Of a DNA stretch of 64,000 bases, positions 40,301-48,272 are shown one piece after another. The translations under genes were made by a program, and so were the position numbers. This stretch comes from an uncultured virus (IMG/VR IMGVR_UViG_3300025133_000078) (taxonomy: Duplodnaviria; Heunggongvirae; Uroviricota; Caudoviricetes), in the IMG/VR virus record IMGVR_UViG_3300025133_000078; one strand, given 5' to 3'. Each line of letters begins with the position of its first letter. The first letter of the stretch is position 1. Below the pieces are notes generated by a model that did no database searches, was not told where the DNA came from, and worked only from the letters and a program-made list of their open reading frames with translations.

Positions 40301-41001
40301 GGGATATCCTTGGCACTGGCGATCGCCAAACATTGGGCACCGCCAACGCTCAAAATAATACATGTGTTCCGGGAACTGACGGAGGTGATGGTTCTACAGA
40401 TTTGGCTATGTGTAAAGATGAAAATAACGCACAAAGAGCGACACAGACATTAATGAATTTGTTGGCAGAAAATAAAGCATTTAGCGCCGCATTTGACAGA
40501 ACAAATGGCAATCCGACTATGCTAAAAGATATTTATAAAAAGAAAAATAAGAAGAAAGAGGAGGGGCCCCCCCAAAGTAGATCTTCCACTTATAATTCTC
40601 CGAGGGAAAACCTAATTTATGGCATGCCAGCGAAAATCACAATTTTTATGGGATATGAAAAGGACAGCCAAGGCGGTATTATGATTAAACGCCCTATTTT
40701 TAAATCTCCAGCTAGTTGGCAAGAGGCCATGGCGAGGTTGAAGCGTAGCAGTGATCCAAGCGACGTTCTTTTATGTAAATTGGAGCCATCCGACCCTGAT
40801 GGACCCCGGTTCGTTGAGACAAATGTTTATTTCTTAGTAACAAAAGATAAAAATACTCTGGCCGCCCAAGTTTCCGGCCACCAACGAAGCAAAGCAGAGA
40901 CTCCGAAAAGAGACATGCTGAAAAACATCATTAGAGAACGAAACATCCCACCCAAAGCATTGAAGTCCATATATATAGCTAAGACGGGAGGAGAAAAATA
41001 A
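37339..41001 (+). CDS. Large hypothetical virion protein (1220 aa)
   Basis: Long ORF in the structural block with RBS and late motif. Confidence 0.7.
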   Translation: MALDTSPSSTGVLLSSDNKDSQIPTILFDMITLDEGVSTPILGRPQTSNLIVNLKMHIEIPVASSDNDILKNIGVCVVRCTSAQAAKYIESTGKIPKKVQKIYEGPLKNLLGGTDINIIGSSPKEVFETSSGKRIFNISFQKNDKLAATHPVPHLSYYAFCYLDLKSLVESLGIEDIPSLGPTIGPISGENVISVGKVNITSYVFFITSPFPENLSGTYWTGPVLQDKAGKWGSARLAPGFGMEAGLLPTNPPMDLDRIQVRNSKIQDFRILRQIPNLNFDLIPSNFSPIIIKGRDNFNNSIQNPDAYISNAFLTRDLHNNCRFIFEFDYDRALVRESKFGKILTNPFVPKETKKKIYNYSPITSLRIVRRRVETVRGYNRLSSPSLGINNSEIEPEELVIVETASDPERNNTLKRVVLVAPDTGRRNRESQAVASVMELLSLKNSPKHTRTISVTDNSISQIQNGTHQYGVKIEMEDGSIRFLNERLKRLRTLRTYLKEYYELKQIPKKSYQTISSIKDYYDIIFSSGPPPIFTPVDPFGAPHESNFNRASFADKIEINNLRTELGFLVGNLDPRETLYPWVIVPEYLVDTLESISDFSYITKSKNIQNTQIMQTPAAQFNSPDAEPPEILGRPTGLARLNEVDSGARDYGIGASQGVSLDSFDRIDSDPSAPTATQMRAIDLFDEKAARFALRSLLDPRSSTSESILQVIGILDMLTQKIRIMMGSSAQIEEVSVSTRRQGVAQNSKVSVLNLNDYFIELFDASLSILPAVDHIGFKRSAGRTHTINSTGGYSTVFAAGSSINGLDVNNITGKHGGDAGPLGMTVDSLKAVVEDERAIDDAIDQAEAEFAAAPGAPADDPREPEAIRQAAPPTKEKTARTVRKAQQTDSDELIITPTVFDDRQGGIIEVTTTTKNWLAPEQYVNMQNAATAIAVSETPSFASTNQDRINITMSTLNVEVLPMGTPMAVQESLNTGQNRDGQTVSVGDILGTGDRQTLGTANAQNNTCVPGTDGGDGSTDLAMCKDENNAQRATQTLMNLLAENKAFSAAFDRTNGNPTMLKDIYKKKNKKKEEGPPQSRSSTYNSPRENLIYGMPAKITIFMGYEKDSQGGIMIKRPIFKSPASWQEAMARLKRSSDPSDVLLCKLEPSDPDGPRFVETNVYFLVTKDKNTLAAQVSGHQRSKAETPKRDMLKNIIRERNIPPKALKSIYIAKTGGEK

Positions 41002-43596
41002 ATGTCAGACAAAACAAGAACTTATATCTTAGATATTAGCGACCCGTTGAGACTAGATTTGAACTCTTATTGGACACTGGATGATTTCGCGCTCGATTTC
41101 CTTGGCCAGCCGAACTTGATGAGCCCTCAATATTCTGTTGCCGTTCTTGAGCCAGCCGCGCAGGCCTTTTACAAAAAAAGGCAAACAATAAATGTCACCA
41201 AACAAGCCGCCTTCGGCGCCGCCCAAAAGGAAAGCACCGTTGCCATTCCCGGTGAACAGACAGGCATTCCGACATCTTTTGGAGATTATGTAAAATCAAG
41301 ATTTATCCCCTATTTCGAGAGTCACAATTCATTATCGACAGCAGATAAAGACACAGTTTTCCAGACATATGGCCCGATTGTCACGAAAGATTATTCAACA
41401 ACCTCTAATCCATCAATGGGCATAAACGAGGTAAAAGAGGAATTTCTTATTAATTTTTTAGAAAAGAGGTTTGAAGACGCAATTGCTCCCCCCTCTATTT
41501 CTGAATTGTCCCTTCCTAATTTTTACGATGTTATCAAAGTGGGCGGCGATCCTCCCCAGGATTCTTATTTTGACGATTACGCAAATAATATTCCGTCTCC
41601 CGATGATAGATACGAAAATATTATGATTTCCATTGATAACTACGAAGAAATGGAAAGAATAAACGGTTTCGATAAAGTATTCCCCCTAGAAGTAAAATTG
41701 AGCCCCTACAACGCCGCAGTTTCTAGGACGACTGGGTTCCACAACGCCCTTGACGACTCAAATCTTGATTTAACTTTGATTGATCTAATGAGCCGGAGAG
41801 GCGATATACAGCATGTCGGCCCCTCCGTATTGAATTCTCATCCCTATAGAATGATAGAAAGAGTAATAAATCCCACAACCACCGACGTCGACGCGCCCGA
41901 TACCGTAGAAGTCAAGCTCGAAACCTTGGATATGCTGGCGTGGTCAAGAGATATTTCTGATGTTATTAATTCGTTGACAGATATTTCGCCTACGTCAAAT
42001 AAAATCTATTTGGGGCCCGACAATCTATCAATAAATATAGCAAAGGGAGATTCAGGCACACTGAGAGAGATCTTATCCTCGGCAATGTTTCTTGGAAGAG
42101 TAAAAGAACTAATAAGAGATAATCTCAGATCGTTTAGTGACATAAACAGGGGAGATAAGAGTTATTCGGAAATAGTCTTCTATAAGATAGAGAAATACAC
42201 CTCTCCGGACGCACCAACTCCAATTCAAAAGATTTGGATCCCAAACATCAATCAGGTTGATCCAATTGAATATGTCGATACTCAAGTAAAATATAATAAG
42301 TCATATACATATAAAATACACGCCTATAGCGCCGTGATCGGGACAAAATATTACTATGACACGAGCACATTCACTTCTAATTTTCCAGTTGATACATCCA
42401 ATACTGTTGAGGTTTTAACAGCCGGCCCAAATATTAGCGGTATCGCCGAAAGCTCCACGACCGCGCCGACATTCTCGGGCCCGAGCACAAATATTGGCGG
42501 CGGGGGAATAGTAACCTATTCTGGGCCCAGGACGCCATCAACACCTCGTGGAACCGGATACACGAATTTCACAGGAGGGCCCGCAGCGCCAAGTGACACG
42601 CGGGCCTCCGCCGAGAGTGTAGATGATTCCGACGCAGCCACCATAAGCGAAAGAGAAGATAGTTCTGATTACGGCCTCGGCACTTCCGCCGCAGCTGGTG
42701 GTACAACAAGCGCGACCAGCGCTGAAGAATTCTTTCAAATTGATGTAATTACTGAGCCTACAGTCGAATTAATAAGGACGGAACTCTTCAATTTCAGCGG
42801 TTTTATTTTAGATGACCCCCCAATGATCCCTGATGTCAAATTTACGTCGTATATCGGAATAGACAATAAGATAACAGTCAATATGCAGGCTCAAATAGGC
42901 GAGTACAAAAACAAGCCGGTTATTTTAAATTCAGAAGATTCCGATTTCATAGATTCCCTGCGATTAGCCCGAGGATTACCAGCAGAATCTTTAATTACTT
43001 ATAAAACAGACGACGAAACAAGCGCTTTTGAAATTTATAGAATGGAGGCACCGCCAACTTCTTATGATGATTTTTCAAATAACCTGAGAACAACAATTTC
43101 GACACTGCAAAGAGATTCCTTTAGCACAATTTACTCTTGGGATATGTCTCACATGGATGCCGTTATACCAAATAAAGAATATTACTACATGATAAGGTCC
43201 GTTGACATCCATAATCATAAATCTTATCCATCACCAGTCTACAAAATCCAAATGGTAAATGACTCGGGAGCAATTTATCCCCTCGTTGAGGTAATAGAGA
43301 TGAGACCGAAAGAAAAACCAAGAATGAAAGCGAAAAATTTTAAAAAGTTTTTACAGCTAATACCATCGTTCGCGCAGACACAGTTAGATTATGCCGGCTC
43401 AAACTTAATCGCTAGTACTGGGATCACTGTCAATAGCGCCCTCGGATTAGAATCCGGCATCACCCTGGGCACCGTAACTCCCAAATTGTTTGGAAACTCA
43501 TCATACGGCCAAACTTTTAAAATTCGTCTGATTTCAAAGCATACTGGCAAGAAACTTGACTTAAATGTCACTTTTAAAGTAGAAAATGATTTGTAA
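41002..43596 (+). CDS. Hypothetical virion protein with FN3/Ig-like segments
   Basis: YVDTQVKYNKSYTYKIHAY and D.VIPNKEYYYMIRSVD resemble FN3 strands; S/T/G-rich linker. Confidence 0.65.
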   Translation: MSDKTRTYILDISDPLRLDLNSYWTLDDFALDFLGQPNLMSPQYSVAVLEPAAQAFYKKRQTINVTKQAAFGAAQKESTVAIPGEQTGIPTSFGDYVKSRFIPYFESHNSLSTADKDTVFQTYGPIVTKDYSTTSNPSMGINEVKEEFLINFLEKRFEDAIAPPSISELSLPNFYDVIKVGGDPPQDSYFDDYANNIPSPDDRYENIMISIDNYEEMERINGFDKVFPLEVKLSPYNAAVSRTTGFHNALDDSNLDLTLIDLMSRRGDIQHVGPSVLNSHPYRMIERVINPTTTDVDAPDTVEVKLETLDMLAWSRDISDVINSLTDISPTSNKIYLGPDNLSINIAKGDSGTLREILSSAMFLGRVKELIRDNLRSFSDINRGDKSYSEIVFYKIEKYTSPDAPTPIQKIWIPNINQVDPIEYVDTQVKYNKSYTYKIHAYSAVIGTKYYYDTSTFTSNFPVDTSNTVEVLTAGPNISGIAESSTTAPTFSGPSTNIGGGGIVTYSGPRTPSTPRGTGYTNFTGGPAAPSDTRASAESVDDSDAATISEREDSSDYGLGTSAAAGGTTSATSAEEFFQIDVITEPTVELIRTELFNFSGFILDDPPMIPDVKFTSYIGIDNKITVNMQAQIGEYKNKPVILNSEDSDFIDSLRLARGLPAESLITYKTDDETSAFEIYRMEAPPTSYDDFSNNLRTTISTLQRDSFSTIYSWDMSHMDAVIPNKEYYYMIRSVDIHNHKSYPSPVYKIQMVNDSGAIYPLVEVIEMRPKEKPRMKAKNFKKFLQLIPSFAQTQLDYAGSNLIASTGITVNSALGLESGITLGTVTPKLFGNSSYGQTFKIRLISKHTGKKLDLNVTFKVENDL

Positions 43597-43612
43597 CTTT
43601 AATTATTATAAT

Positions 43613-43621
43613 ACTATTTAT
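43613..43621 (+). promoter_or_regulatory. Putative late promoter ACTATTTAT
   Basis: Intergenic, 20 nt before ATG 43642, upstream of GAGGAG RBS. Confidence 0.6.
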
Positions 43622-43641
43622 AGAGAGAGGAGAGAATACTA

Positions 43642-44595
43642 ATGGCTTTTTTAGACAATAGTGGGGACATTATTCTGGACGCTGTTTTAACTGACACGGG
43701 AAGAAAAAGATTGGCACGCGGCGATGGATCTTTTAGGATTGTAAAATTTGCGTTGGGAGACGACGAAATTAACTACGGATCCTATGATGGATCACAGCCG
43801 GAGGGAGAAAAGGATTTGGAAATTCTACAAACCCCAGTCTTGGAAGCCTTCACAAATAACACTTCCCAGATGCATTCTTTTTTGCAGACATACACGAACA
43901 ATCAGACTCACCTATATCTTCCCACGATGAAAATAAACGATTTGATACCCGGCACAGACTATAACGATGCATTTAATACTTTCATTGTTGCTTCCAACAA
44001 GGATTCAGCCTGTGTTCTCAAGGCCGATTTGGGGTGGGACCTGAGCACATCCGGTGTTTTGAGGGGATATGCTCCCGGAACCGCTGGCGCCTCTTGGATC
44101 CGCATTGATCAGGGTATTGATAATGTTGAGGTCAACCCCTCAACCGGTCTTCCATCAAGTGAATTTTATGAAAACCAATATCTAATTGAAATGGATTCGA
44201 GATTCGGACAGATTATTGATAAAGGGGGATCAACACTCGCTGTACCATCTTTTATTGATGACGACCAAATTGCTTCATATTATCTCTCTATGAATGTTAA
44301 TAGAAATTTTGTTACAGACAACACCCAGAATTCAACAGCTGCGGACAATAATCAGGTTATTGCTGGTGCAAGAGGATCTATTTTGCAATTCCAGGTGCAA
44401 GTTAGTACGAATTTGCAAAACAATAACAGCTTTTTCACGCGCTTGGGTGGTATATTTGATGCTGGGTCTTCAACAGATTTTTACTTCATCGACTCGATTA
44501 TCAGGGTCACTGGGCTTACGACGGGATTCCGAATTGATATTCCAGTTAGATATGTGAGAAATGTCGACAGCCCCACGGGCCCTTGCACGGGTTAA
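43642..44595 (+). CDS. Baseplate/tail-fibre attachment-like protein
   Basis: DAVLTDTGRKRLARG..FRIVKFALGDDEINY motif. Confidence 0.7.
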   Translation: MAFLDNSGDIILDAVLTDTGRKRLARGDGSFRIVKFALGDDEINYGSYDGSQPEGEKDLEILQTPVLEAFTNNTSQMHSFLQTYTNNQTHLYLPTMKINDLIPGTDYNDAFNTFIVASNKDSACVLKADLGWDLSTSGVLRGYAPGTAGASWIRIDQGIDNVEVNPSTGLPSSEFYENQYLIEMDSRFGQIIDKGGSTLAVPSFIDDDQIASYYLSMNVNRNFVTDNTQNSTAADNNQVIAGARGSILQFQVQVSTNLQNNNSFFTRLGGIFDAGSSTDFYFIDSIIRVTGLTTGFRIDIPVRYVRNVDSPTGPCTG

Positions 44596-44612
44596 GAATC
44601 AAAGGATAAAAA

Positions 44613-45611
44613 ATGGCTACAATATTTAAAACTTTACTAACTAATGACGTCGCAATGACGCGAACTTTGCTAAATGAGGCAATTCCAATCACAGGGTCTG
44701 TTGTATCGGGTACCTATAATGACGAGAACATCAAAACTTATACACACGGCATGTTTGAGAGTGTTTACGACTATCCTTATTTGAGTTCATCCGCAAATCA
44801 CATTTTTGACATCACATATGGATATTCTTCTGACCTTTCGGGCGCATATACTATGAACGCCAAAAAGATGAACATTTATAACCAAATGGCACAAACTTTA
44901 GTTGGCTATGACCAGACGGGCTCTATTCGAAAATTTGATTCGGATGGGGACTTCGTTGGACTATCCGCCGTCTCCGGAGTGATGAATGCCTGTGTCTTCG
45001 TCAACTATTCACGCCTTCTTGTAAAAGACGAAATCAAAAAACAGTCTTATACCTTCGTCGTCAATAGCGGGTCATCTCAAGTAACTATATCTGACTATGG
45101 CGCGAATAATGATTACCGAGTTAACTCCCCAGCAGGTGAATATGGTATTCTCTATACTGGATCAGCAGCAGCTGCCGGATCCGGCGTTGGCCTTATCTAC
45201 TATCAAGCTGGAGTTGCTGTTCTGACCGCTTCTGTCGACCTATTTTCTGGGTCAACAACGGTTTGGTCCCCCACGGACTGGCTGGGCGAGACTGCAATCA
45301 CTGGAGTAGCCGATAATCTCAGAGAAGTGTGGGAAGATAATGACTTCCAAAACACAACCGAACTGAACTCAACGATTTATTTCTGTCGCGCAGCAAATAA
45401 CGAATATAACTACAGCGCCAACCAAACATATTTGTCGGAAAGCAAGATTGTCGTCAAGAATGACAATGTGGAGCAGCCACCATGTTCTTATATTACAACT
45501 GTGGGCCTCTATTCTCCAGATAATGAACTTCTTGCGGTAGCAAAACTATCCGAGCCTCTTAAAAAGGATCCCGCGACCGAATTAATTTTCCGCGTGAGGC
45601 TCGATTATTAA
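44613..45611 (+). CDS. Virion structural protein (tail-collar/sheath-associated-like)
   Basis: C-terminal YITTVGLY...ELLAVAKLSEPLKK...RVRLDY motif. Confidence 0.7.
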   Translation: MATIFKTLLTNDVAMTRTLLNEAIPITGSVVSGTYNDENIKTYTHGMFESVYDYPYLSSSANHIFDITYGYSSDLSGAYTMNAKKMNIYNQMAQTLVGYDQTGSIRKFDSDGDFVGLSAVSGVMNACVFVNYSRLLVKDEIKKQSYTFVVNSGSSQVTISDYGANNDYRVNSPAGEYGILYTGSAAAAGSGVGLIYYQAGVAVLTASVDLFSGSTTVWSPTDWLGETAITGVADNLREVWEDNDFQNTTELNSTIYFCRAANNEYNYSANQTYLSESKIVVKNDNVEQPPCSYITTVGLYSPDNELLAVAKLSEPLKKDPATELIFRVRLDY

Positions 45612-45627
45612 ATCGGAGGTTTAAAGA

Positions 45628-46806
45628 ATGCCTCTTAAGAAATTTGGCGATAATGACATTTTTCACAATACGATAAGAACTTCTCCAAAAAATCAATTTG
45701 ATGTATATGGCGGAAAGGTATACTATCAAAATGCATCGGAAATTTCCGGAGCTTTCACCGGGAGCGCCCCAAATATACCAACCGGGTTTAAGTCTCTCTT
45801 TGAGCTGAACGTTGACCGAAATGAGGCTCAAACTGGCTTAATATATCCGTTTATAACAAAAAATGGCACTCTTACAAGTTTTCGAACGATTTCAACAAAT
45901 TCTTTTAATAGTGACTTTGTTTTCGGTGACACCCTATCCGGCTCTTATCCACTTTCGGCCAGCGTAAGTAGGAATTATATTATAGGATCTACTGGCCGAG
46001 AGAGAATAAATGCGCTCAAGTCGGCAATGAGTTCATATTCTTGTTGGAGCCCACAGTACCAATTTAGTTCATCTTACGGAAACAAGGCAACTCAAATAAT
46101 AAACCTTATTTCCATCCCTTCCATCTTTTATGGATCGTCAATAAGCAAAGAAAATGGATCTATAAGCTTAAAATATTATGTTTCGGGTACCCTCATCGGA
46201 GAGCTTCAGGATGTCAATAGAAATGGCGAGTTAATTCAAGTCGGCCCCTCTGGAAGCACCGGATCCGGCTCGGTCGCCGGAATCGCATTATATAACGAGG
46301 GCTTCTTATTATTGACGGGAAGCTGGGACTTGGAAAGTGGTGGAGTCACTCGGAACTATCTCGAAGATCCAACATCCCCAATGCCCTCATCGTGGTTGTT
46401 CTATGGAGTTGGGATGAATGATTTATCCGGTACGGCTATCCCATATATCAATTATCGCATGGATTTTGAGGGAGTCAACTACATTGAGACACTGACAATG
46501 TTGGCACATGCAGAAAAAGCAGAGCTTAATCACTCAAACAATCCAACATATGTCGAGTACTCGTCCACTTCTAACAACTTTGAATCCAACTCGGCAGTTT
46601 TTAATGAAACCCCTAGAGAGATAAAAAATACAGTAAAAAGCCCCTATCCGGATCCGGCCGGCCAATTCGAGAAGATAACATATATAACAAAAGTTGGGAT
46701 CTACGATGGAGACCACAACCTCATTGGGGTTGCTACGGTCTCCAAGCCCGTGAAAAAAACACTTGACAGAGACCTGACTTTTAAGTTAAAATTAGACTTG
46801 CAATGA
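45628..46806 (+). CDS. Virion structural protein, paralogue of 44613..45611
   Basis: C-terminal YITKVGIYD...LIGVATVSKPVKK...KLKLDL; shared G..G..Y..G...LT segment. Confidence 0.7.
   Translation: MPLKKFGDNDIFHNTIRTSPKNQFDVYGGKVYYQNASEISGAFTGSAPNIPTGFKSLFELNVDRNEAQTGLIYPFITKNGTLTSFRTISTNSFNSDFVFGDTLSGSYPLSASVSRNYIIGSTGRERINALKSAMSSYSCWSPQYQFSSSYGNKATQIINLISIPSIFYGSSISKENGSISLKYYVSGTLIGELQDVNRNGELIQVGPSGSTGSGSVAGIALYNEGFLLLTGSWDLESGGVTRNYLEDPTSPMPSSWLFYGVGMNDLSGTAIPYINYRMDFEGVNYIETLTMLAHAEKAELNHSNNPTYVEYSSTSNNFESNSAVFNETPREIKNTVKSPYPDPAGQFEKITYITKVGIYDGDHNLIGVATVSKPVKKTLDRDLTFKLKLDLQ
46763..46792 (+). promoter_or_regulatory. Putative sigma70 promoter for the RuvC-like gene
   Basis: TTGACA(46763-46768)-18 bp-TAAAAT(46787-46792) inside the 3' end of the upstream gene. 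Confidence 0.5.
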
Positions 46807-47318
46807 TATTAGGACTAGACATAAGCACAAGCATAGTTGGAGTGTGCGTTTTAGACGACAACAAAATCGTCCATACGGAGTATATCGATTTGCGCAAAGT
46901 TGGAAACTTTTTCGAAAAAGCTCAAAAAGTCGAATATTCCCTAAAAGAAATAAAGAAGAATCACAAAATTGAGCACATCTTCATTGAACAGGCCCTAATG
47001 TTCTTCCGCAGAGGAGGCTCGACAGCAAAAACAATGTCTGTCCTCCAGAGATTCAACGGAATTATCTCTTGGCAGTGTTATCAACTCTTCGATATGGAGC
47101 CAAACTATGTAACCCCTATCTCGGCAAGATCAAAGTGTGGAATAAAGGTCGCAAGAGGTAAAAAGGCCAAGGAAGTCGTCATGGAACATTTTATTGAAAG
47201 TCAAGAATTCGAAATAATCTACACCAGACACGGTAACATCCAGAAATATTGCTATGATATCGCAGACGCAATTATTGTGGCCAGAGCAGGAACAAAAATA
47301 ATCCTTGACACGCAGTAA
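46803..47318 (+). CDS. RuvC-like Holliday junction resolvase
   Basis: ILGLDIST..G, IFIEQ, DIADAI catalytic acidic residues. Confidence 0.85.
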   Translation: MILGLDISTSIVGVCVLDDNKIVHTEYIDLRKVGNFFEKAQKVEYSLKEIKKNHKIEHIFIEQALMFFRRGGSTAKTMSVLQRFNGIISWQCYQLFDMEPNYVTPISARSKCGIKVARGKKAKEVVMEHFIESQEFEIIYTRHGNIQKYCYDIADAIIVARAGTKIILDTQ

Positions 47319-47333
47319 TTTTCATGTTATATT
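47305..47333 (+). promoter_or_regulatory. sigma70 promoter for primase (probably leaderless transcript)
   Basis: TTGACA(47305-47310)-17 bp-TATATT(47328-47333) with TG extension; ATG at 47340. Confidence 0.7.
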
Positions 47334-47339
47334 ATTATT

Positions 47340-48263
47340 ATGGAAGAAAAGCTCTCTATCATAACCGGTTTCCTCGGAAAGTCTTACAAATCAAACAATG
47401 AACATTTATTTCAATGTCCATTTTGTAAGCATCACAAGAGAAAATTCTCTGTCAACATCCAACGCGGTGTTTACAAGTGCTGGGTTTGCGATCAGAAGGG
47501 TAGAAATCTTTATCGCCTCGTCCGCAAGTTTGGTTCACAAAAAGATCGAGAAGCATGGAAAGCCTTTTCTGGTGAAAAAACTGACTTAAATACTTTTGAA
47601 AGTCTCTTCGATGAAGAAGAAGAAGGCAAATTCGAACAAATCGTTGAAATGCCTCCAAATTTTCACACTTTAACTGGAAATGTTCATTTTAGGGTACCCC
47701 TACGGTACCTTGAAAAACGAGGTATTACAAGAAAAGACATCCTAAAATGGAAAATTGGCTTTTGTTCTGATGGTCCGTTCAAAGAAAGGATCATAATCCC
47801 ATCATTTAACGAAAATGGAGACTTAAATTATTTCATAGCAAGAACATTTACAGACGAGTATAGAAGATATAAAAATCCTCCAGTCAGTCGCGACATAATA
47901 TTCAATGAATTGTATGTTGATTTTGATAAAGAGGTCACGATTGTTGAAGGAGCATTTGATGCTGTCAAAGCAGATAACGCGGTTCCTATTTTGGGCTCAA
48001 CAATTAGAGAAACATCTAGACTATTCAAAAAGATAATCCAGAATAATACGCCGGTTTTGTTGGCATTAGACCCAGATGCAAAATACAAAGCCGAAAACAT
48101 TAAAAGATTACTTTTTAAGTACGGAATTGAAGTCCGAGAATTACAGTATGATGATGAGAGGGACGTAGGCGATATGTCCAAAGAAGAAGTAGAAAAATTA
48201 AGTCAAGATGCACCAGTCATTAGAGAAGAAGACGCTCTAATCTCTGCAATTTTTGACTTATAG
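47340..48263 (+). CDS. DnaG-type DNA primase (zinc finger plus TOPRIM)
   Basis: CPFC...CWVC, YL..RG, RIIIP, YKNP, VEGAFDA, LDPDA, DVGDM. Confidence 0.9.
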   Translation: MEEKLSIITGFLGKSYKSNNEHLFQCPFCKHHKRKFSVNIQRGVYKCWVCDQKGRNLYRLVRKFGSQKDREAWKAFSGEKTDLNTFESLFDEEEEGKFEQIVEMPPNFHTLTGNVHFRVPLRYLEKRGITRKDILKWKIGFCSDGPFKERIIIPSFNENGDLNYFIARTFTDEYRRYKNPPVSRDIIFNELYVDFDKEVTIVEGAFDAVKADNAVPILGSTIRETSRLFKKIIQNNTPVLLALDPDAKYKAENIKRLLFKYGIEVRELQYDDERDVGDMSKEEVEKLSQDAPVIREEDALISAIFDL

Positions 48264-48272
48264 GAGAAAAGT

